Assembly: GCA_965247115.1 (NCBI GenBank)
Contig: CBDFGR010000003.1
Span: forward strand, 1,088,001 to 1,152,000
DNA: 64,000 bases
DNA from: Myxococcota bacterium
Lineage (GTDB): Bacteria > Myxococcota_A > UBA9160 > SZUA-336
Direction of reading: 5' to 3'
The first letter of the stretch is position 1, and each line of letters opens with the position of its first letter. Both the position numbers and the translations under genes were made by a program. The notes below the pieces were generated by a model, which worked only from the letters and a program-made list of their open reading frames with translations, ran no database searches and had not been told where the DNA came from. Below are positions 57,694 through 64,000 of this stretch, one piece after another.

Positions 57694-58458
57694 CTAGATG
57701 TGGTCGAAGAGAACGTGCTCCTTCCCCGTCCAGATCGAGGAGCGTCGGAAATCGATGAACTTGCTCTCGTCCTCCACGGCGCGCCGGCCCGCCGCCTCGA
57801 CCTCGGGACCCCGCCGCGACGAGCTGCGGTCGAACCACACCTCCGCGTGCCCCATGTAGGGCTCGGTCTGCGTGCCGCGGGCCTCCCTCAGCGCACTCTC
57901 GAACTGGCTCTCGAATCGGTGCACCTGCTGGTAGCGCAGGATCCCGCTGGCCGCGGCCTGGGAGCGAATGATCGGGCCGTGGCTAGTGCGCCAGTAGAGC
58001 TGGGCGTCCTCGACTTTGAGGCCACTCGGGGGCCTCAGGGGGAAGTAGAGCTTGACGATGGGGCTCTTCTCGCGCGCGACGATGTTCTCCGGCGTCGGAT
58101 TCACCTGTGGGTATTCGTACGCGAGCCAGACCGGCGAGTGGGCAAGGTCGATGAACTCGCGCTCGTCCTCCACGAGCACGTTCCCCGGCTCGGGATCCTC
58201 GAATGCCGTCGCCAGACTCGCCTCGCTCTCCCACCAGGCCTCCGCGACGCCGTCGTACCCGGGCTCCATCTCGCCGCGCGCGCCCGCCAGGCGGCCATCG
58301 AGCGAGTCCTCGATGGAGTGAACCTGAATGCAGCGGAGCATGTTGAGCCGCTTCGAGAAGCTGGCCACGAGCGGTCCGTGCCGGTCCCGCCAGTAGGTCT
58401 GGAACTCGTCCAGTGATAGCCCTGACTTGCGCCGGAGCAGAAAGGTGAGCCGGATCAT
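57694..58458 (-). CDS. Tandem EthD-domain protein
   Basis: Two repeats of YW...HGP...Y/C.QVH...AE.W...DE..FID. Confidence 0.85.
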   Translation of the reverse strand: MIRLTFLLRRKSGLSLDEFQTYWRDRHGPLVASFSKRLNMLRCIQVHSIEDSLDGRLAGARGEMEPGYDGVAEAWWESEASLATAFEDPEPGNVLVEDEREFIDLAHSPVWLAYEYPQVNPTPENIVAREKSPIVKLYFPLRPPSGLKVEDAQLYWRTSHGPIIRSQAAASGILRYQQVHRFESQFESALREARGTQTEPYMGHAEVWFDRSSSRRGPEVEAAGRRAVEDESKFIDFRRSSIWTGKEHVLFDHI

Positions 58459-58581
58459 GTTGGCCTCCTCGATGCGGGCCGACCTGAGCAGAGCCCGCAC
58501 CACCCAGTATGGCCTGGCCATTGTCAATACCTCAAGAATTCTCGTAGGCTACCTATCCGCCTCGAGCGCGAAGGGGACTCC

Positions 58582-59673
58582 ATGCACGTCGGCTACACCT
58601 CTATGTTCCAGAATCCGTTCAACGCACTCGCCGATCACGAGGTGTACCGCGAGGAGCTGCAGCTCTGCGATCTCTCGGTTCAGCTCGGCTTCGAGTCGTT
58701 GTGGACCGTCGAGCATCACTTCGACGACTACACGATGTGTCCCGACGTTGTGCAGTTCCTGTCTTACATGGCCGGTCGCCATTCGGACGTCCTGCTCGGC
58801 TCCGGCGTGATTGTCTTGCCGTGGCACGATCCCCTTCGGGTGGCTGAACAGGTCGCCCTGCTCGACCACCTCTGCGACGGTCGCATGATCCTCGGTCTCG
58901 GTCGCGGGCTCGCCCGGATCGAGTACGAGGGCTTTCGGGTCGACATGAACACCTCGCGAAAGCGCTTCGTCGAGTATGCCCGTCTCGTGTTGGAGTCACT
59001 CGACAAGGGCTACATGGAGTACGAGAACGAGTTCGGCACGCAGCCCCGCCGCGAGATCCGGCCGCAGCCGCACCACCCGTTCCGCGGGCGCACCTACGCC
59101 GCCGCCGTGTCGCCCGAGTCGATGCCGCTGATGGCCGAGCTCGGAATAGGGGTCCTGATCGTCCCCCAGAAGCCCTGGCCCGTGGTCGTGGACGACCTGG
59201 CTGAGTACAAACGCGTCTACCAAGAGGTCAACGGCTCCGACGCTCCGCCGCCGTTCTGCGGTGGGTCGATCGTGGTCGACGAGAGCTCCGACCGGGCGGA
59301 GGAGCTGGCTCGCAAGTGGATCGGCGAGAACTACTCGACCGTCCTGCGGCACTATGAATTCGAGGACGCTCCGCACAAGGGGGTGAAGGGCTACGAGTTC
59401 TACACCGGCATCACGAAGCACCTCGAGAAGCGCGGCAAGCAGGGCGCGATCGACGACTACGTGAACCTGATGCCCTGGGGCACGCCCGCACAGGTTCTGG
59501 AGAAGTACGAGACGATCTACAATGCCGTGGAGACGAACGCGGTCATGCCGAGCTTCAGCTTCGGCGGCATGCCCTTCGAGACGGCAGAGGGCAGCATGCG
59601 CCTCTTTGCCGAGAAGTGTCTCCCCGAGCTCAACAGCTGGGACACCCTCCCGCTCAACATTCCCCCCAGCTGA
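58582..59673 (+). CDS. LLM-class flavin-dependent monooxygenase
   Basis: GFESLWTVEHHF, PWHDPLRVAE, GLGRG, AAVSPES. Confidence 0.88.
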   Translation: MHVGYTSMFQNPFNALADHEVYREELQLCDLSVQLGFESLWTVEHHFDDYTMCPDVVQFLSYMAGRHSDVLLGSGVIVLPWHDPLRVAEQVALLDHLCDGRMILGLGRGLARIEYEGFRVDMNTSRKRFVEYARLVLESLDKGYMEYENEFGTQPRREIRPQPHHPFRGRTYAAAVSPESMPLMAELGIGVLIVPQKPWPVVVDDLAEYKRVYQEVNGSDAPPPFCGGSIVVDESSDRAEELARKWIGENYSTVLRHYEFEDAPHKGVKGYEFYTGITKHLEKRGKQGAIDDYVNLMPWGTPAQVLEKYETIYNAVETNAVMPSFSFGGMPFETAEGSMRLFAEKCLPELNSWDTLPLNIPPS

Positions 59674-59694
59674 CAAACGGAGGACCCCCCCAAA

Positions 59695-60156
59695 ATGAGT
59701 CGATCGGTCTCCATCTGGCTCGCGACTGCATTGGCGCTGGCATCCCTCGGTTGCCAGCCCTCAGAGACCAGACCCGGCCTATGGCTGAATGGTGAAAGTG
59801 TCGAGGCACCGGTTGCAGACTGGAGCTTCACGGACGCCTTCCAGAGCGTCTTCATCCAGACGAGTCCCTGGTACGGCCTCCCCCACTCCGTGACCATCTG
59901 GTGTGCCGCGCAGGATGGCGAGCTGTTTATCGGGTCGTACATCGAGAAGAAGACCTGGGAGAAGTACCTGTTGCGAACTCCCGAGGCGACGCTTCGCGTC
60001 GACGGGAAGCTCTACGAGGTCGTCGTGAAGCCCGTCGAGGATCAAGCGCTTACCAGAGTGCTCGATCGCGTCTACACACAGAAGTACGACATGCACGCCG
60101 TCTTCGGCGACGACGTCCCCGAGTGGTGGTACTACCGAGTCCAGAGCCGAACGTAG
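59695..60156 (+). CDS. Hypothetical lipoprotein
   Basis: ASLGC lipobox; PGLWLNG...DWSF...PHSVTIW; GGAGG RBS. Confidence 0.65.
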   Translation: MSRSVSIWLATALALASLGCQPSETRPGLWLNGESVEAPVADWSFTDAFQSVFIQTSPWYGLPHSVTIWCAAQDGELFIGSYIEKKTWEKYLLRTPEATLRVDGKLYEVVVKPVEDQALTRVLDRVYTQKYDMHAVFGDDVPEWWYYRVQSRT

Positions 60157-60174
60157 GCGCGAACCGGGTTACCC

Positions 60175-62716
60175 CTAGTTTCCGAAGCGATACCTCAGCT
60201 TGACAACGAAGTTCTCGACGATGGGATCTCTGAAGGCATCTCGGAACAGCTCGGGAAAGCCAGAGTCGCCGCTTCGCTGCAAGCTGTTGCCCAGGTTGTA
60301 GACGATATAGAGATCCGTCAAAGGGGCTATCTCCCAACGATAACGCAGCTGTGCGGTGACAATACTCACCGTGAAATCGTGATCGGGTAACGTAGGCTGC
60401 GCTGGTACCAGGTCTCCATCGCCGACCGGCACCTCAAGGAATCCGCGCTCAGTGGCTCGCACGCCTACCCATTGCAGCGACAACCGCAGCTGATGCCTGG
60501 GCGCCATGAACCAGTTCAAGTTGAGAGTCGGTTGCCAATCCCGCGCGCGGTAACTGCCAAAGTTGCGGCCACCCTGGTAGACGATCCAACCGCGGCGATC
60601 CTTGTAGCGCAGATCCAGGTCGAGTGAGAGCCAATCATTTGGACGATAGGTCACACCAGCGGCAGCGGTGTAGGACCAGTCGCCGAGATTCTCCTGCAGC
60701 GCACCGATGCTTGCGGAGTAACTCAGCTTCTTACCCGCATCCGTGGCGATCTGAATGTCTGCCCACCAGCGGTCTTCGGTCCTGTAAGCGCCGTTCCCGC
60801 GGCTGTCGACGTCTTCCCATCGTCTGGGCAGATAGGCGAGCGCGGTCTCGAGCGTGTTGCGGCCCCGTAGGATCATCGAGTTTCGCCAATACACGCCGCT
60901 GTCCACCACCTGGCCCTCGCTAATGTTGTACTCCTGGCGAAAGATCACGGTACCCCGAATGTCTTCGAGGTGACGGGGGCCTTTGGCCTTGTTGTACGAG
61001 AGTATGTACTGAGCACCCACGTAATCGTTCCGGCGCAGGAAGCCCGCGTCGTTGAGTTCGACGTCTTCGTCGAAGTAGTCGAGCTCGATCTTGTGCTGGA
61101 TCCTGGGATTTTGAGAGTACCGGAGATCGAAGAGCACTCCGTAACCCGATCGATCGTCAACATCACTGGACACCAGCTGCGCATCAGCAATCCACCTGCC
61201 GTCGGCGCTCGTGAAGTGACCATCGACACCGTGAACGATCGCGTCATAAACCGGTCCGCTCACGAGCGTGCCGAGGTAACCAACGGATTTGCGGCTGGAG
61301 CCGACACTCTCGTAGAGTATTCTGGCCACGCTGAAGTCGCGACCCGAGTCCTTTATGCCAACGCTGTTGCCCACCGCATCGGTGCCGAACCAATCAACAT
61401 CGTCTTCCACCGCGCCGAGTACTCCGTACCGTAAGCTCCCAACAGTTCCAGTGAGCTTGGCCGCACCGAGCAAATCGGTAGGTAGATCCCGCTCACCGGG
61501 GTCAGGCGTGACGCCGTCCGGCAGCGTCACTTGAGTGGCGGTCCCACCAATGCGTCGAGTGTCTAGCAACGAAATGGGCGCTGTCAGAAACTCCGACCGA
61601 GATACGCTTCGCGATGCGGTCGAGGCGTTGCTGTTGCTCATTGCGATAAAAATGCTGCTCAGGTTCGATCGAGGGGTCGACTCGAAGACCTCATTGCCTT
61701 CCAGGAAGAACACTCTCTTTTCGGGAAAAAACGTCTCGAAGGCAGTTAGGTTGAGAACCACGTCATCGGCTTCAACAGCTCCGAAATCCGGATACGCGCT
61801 AGCCGTCAACCCTAGCTCGGATGAGGGTTTCCACGTTACGTCGGCACCAACTCGAACCTCGTCCTCATCTCGCGCTTGGTCGATCGTGGCAGAAGTGTAT
61901 GGAATGGCATAAAACAGCTGCGTCGGCTGTACACCGGTCACTTCCATCGTATTCAAGGCGGTAACGAATTGCCGTGACGTAGGCGGATGACCGGGCCATT
62001 GGTACATTTTCTTGTTATGTGAGACTTGCCGAACTACCGCAAAACCGAGCTTTCGCGGCCCCTCGATTTCACGCAGGTTCATCATCGACCAGGGCAGCAG
62101 CATCTCCGCACTCCAGCCCTCGTCGAAGCGGGCGGACTTGGCTATCCAATGCCCGTCCCAGTCCATTTGGTAGTTACGCTCTGGCAGAACCTTGCCATCC
62201 ATCATCGAATCGCCGAGTGAAATGAGGAATTCGTACGCATACAGACCCTCACCCGTAGTGTCGAGCGTAATCCCAAAGCTATCCCGATCGGATAAATTCG
62301 TCGCGGTTCGTCATCCGAGCAACCAACGTGTCCGGAGGCTGGTACATGACAGCACTGACCATGAGCCCCCGATCCGTGGCCAATATCCGCATCTCAGTGG
62401 GGTAGTCTGCCGGTTCACCGGTACCCGGTACGTAAGACAAGAGGTTGTCGTAGGCGGGTACTTGCTGCCAGAGGGGTTCGTCAACACGCCCGTCGACGAC
62501 GATGTCGACTTCGCTTTGTGGAAGACTCGCTACCAGGATGTGGTGGCGCGGTATGCCATCGATAACTTCGATGACTTCCTGACGAGCGGCAGCGCTCGTC
62601 GACTCCGCCGCCGGCGCGGTGCCAGCCAGGCCCGTGGCAAGCGCCGCACAGAGAAGGAGACAAAGCAAAGGCTCGCGCTTCGCGACGGATCGCCCATGTT
62701 CTGGTGAATGCGCCAC
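60175..62716 (-). pseudogene. DUF5916 / CBM9-like outer-membrane protein, split by a +1 frameshift at 62290-62291 (may be a sequencing error)
   Basis: Signal peptide + VDGRVDEPLW; PDFGAVEAD...NLTAFETFFPEKRVFFLEG; C-terminal KLRYRFGN. Removing one G joins ...DEFIDRDSFGITLDT... in frame. Confidence 0.8.
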
Positions 62717-62776
62717 GCGAGTCCCTGTGTTCCGGAGGGCCGTTCCGCGAGCGAAGTTCAGCCGGAACAAGTTGGA

Positions 62777-63664
62777 TCAGTCCGACCCCGAGCTCTGCAT
62801 GCGGCGGCCGAATCGGTCGATGTATTCCAGTTCGATGCCCTGCTCTTCGATGATCCGGTCCACCGCTTCGATGAGCGGCGCGGGATCGACGGGGGTCAGT
62901 TGGTGGAGGTGATCGGGCCGGTCCAGGGCGTCGTTGATCTTGAACGCGTCGGGTGCGGTGTCGTTCAGTTCGTCCCACGTGATCGGCATCGCCACTGGGG
63001 CGCCTTTCCGCGCCCGCAACGACCACGGCGCAACGACGGTGGCGAGCCCCATGTTGCGCATCCAGTCGATGAGGACCCGGCCCCCTCGGTTCTCCTTGAG
63101 GAACTCGTTCGTCAGGAGGTCGGGATGCCGTTGCAGCAGGATCGCGGCGAGTTTGTGGGCCGTCCGAGTCATTGACTCCGTGGGGAGCAGACGCGCGCAC
63201 ACGTGGTAGCCCTTGCTGCCGGTGGTCATCGGCGTCGTCTCGATGCCGAGCTCATCGAACAGCTCCTTGCATGCCCACGCTGCCTCACACGCACCCGCGC
63301 CACCTCCTTCGGGGGGATCCAGGTCGATCACGAGCCGATCCGGCCGCCACGAGTCGTGTTTCGTCGCGAGGGGAATGTGGAATTCGATCGTCGCCTGGTT
63401 TGCGAGGTACGCCAGCGCGTCGGCGGTCGTGGCCGCGGGGTGCACGGTCACCCCCTCCCGACGGGGCATCTCGATGCGGCCGATCAGATCTCTCGGGTAG
63501 TGCTTCGCGACGTTCTTCTGGAAGAACCCCTTCGCGGCGATGCCGCGCGGGTGGCGGACCAGGGTGAGGGGTCGGTCCAGCAGATGGGGGAGCATGTGGG
63601 GCGCGACCCGATAGTAGTGCGCGACGACGTCGCCTTTGGTCACGCCAGCCTCCGGGAAGAGCAC
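62777..63664 (-). CDS. LigD-type primase-polymerase domain (NHEJ PolDom)
   Basis: TKGDV..Y, RHPRGI...FFQKN, PDRLVIDLDP, TTGSKGYH, IDWMRN, APWSLRAR. Frame continues upstream (VTVSNADR) with no start codon. Confidence 0.85.
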   Translation of the reverse strand: MLFPEAGVTKGDVVAHYYRVAPHMLPHLLDRPLTLVRHPRGIAAKGFFQKNVAKHYPRDLIGRIEMPRREGVTVHPAATTADALAYLANQATIEFHIPLATKHDSWRPDRLVIDLDPPEGGGAGACEAAWACKELFDELGIETTPMTTGSKGYHVCARLLPTESMTRTAHKLAAILLQRHPDLLTNEFLKENRGGRVLIDWMRNMGLATVVAPWSLRARKGAPVAMPITWDELNDTAPDAFKINDALDRPDHLHQLTPVDPAPLIEAVDRIIEEQGIELEYIDRFGRRMQSSGSD

Positions 63665-63720
63665 GCGGTCCGCGTTCGAGACCGTGACAGCGGGCCTGGC
63701 TTGCTCCCTGCGGGCGGCTC

Positions 63721-64000
63721 CTACCCTGGCCCGGATCCGGCCGTCCTTGATGGCCCGCGGGCAAACCGAAACGCCAGCTTGCTGTCGTAGCGGCGGCTGG
63801 GGAAGAGCTCGGCGAACGCAACCTCCACCACCAGCTCCGGGCGGACGTAGACCGTGATCTCGTCCCGGTGCGTCTCCAGTTCGAGCAGCCGCGCTGTCTG
63901 CCAGCCGAGTATCTCGTCGGTCATGCCCTTGAAGGTCTTCCCCAGCATGACGTAGGTGTCCGTCGCTTCGTCGCGGACGCCGAGGTGGAGGTTGCTCAGC
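63721..64000 (-). CDS. ATP-dependent DNA ligase (LigB-like) OB domain, partial; aberrant 3' end
   Basis: LSNLHLG...MLGKTFKGMTD...VRPELVVEVAF...S.RY...LAFRFAR, then premature divergence; runs off the window edge. Confidence 0.8.
   Translation of the reverse strand, partial: LSNLHLGVRDEATDTYVMLGKTFKGMTDEILGWQTARLLELETHRDEITVYVRPELVVEVAFAELFPSRRYDSKLAFRFARGPSRTAGSGPG

Noticed and set aside
1..64000. CRISPR array, cas genes, integrase, transposase or prophage genes
   Set aside because: No regularly spaced repeat-spacer array or recognizable motifs seen; the only long repeat found has two distant copies.

Overview
High-GC bacterial chromosomal window. Gene content (tig-clpP-clpX-lon-tRNA-Val, menG-menB-menA, several PilZ proteins, many acyl-CoA catabolic enzymes) suggests a Myxococcota/deltaproteobacterial-type genome; this is an inference. 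Most of the window is housekeeping or catabolic. Three things stand out. (1) At 24.7-29.1 kb, a tightly coupled minus-strand operon resembles a colicin V/microcin export locus (double-glycine precursor, C39-peptidase ABC exporter, CvaA-like adaptor). It has a LpxL/HtrB-type acyltransferase between precursor and exporter, an adaptor lacking its central hairpin, and a zinc-ribbon membrane protein, making it a candidate lipidated-microcin (lipo-RiPP) system. (2) At 32.8-34.4 kb, an HNH endonuclease gene plus about 260 nt of upstream non-coding DNA is bracketed by a palindrome and a 13-bp partial copy of it. A ~92-nt multi-hairpin repeat next to it recurs at 6.0 kb with structure-preserving changes. 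(3) At the right edge is an apparent LigB-type ligase/LigD polymerase-domain fusion broken by a deletion. Two genes have single-base-duplication frameshifts that may be sequencing errors. All family calls are from motif recognition by eye; no database searches were run.
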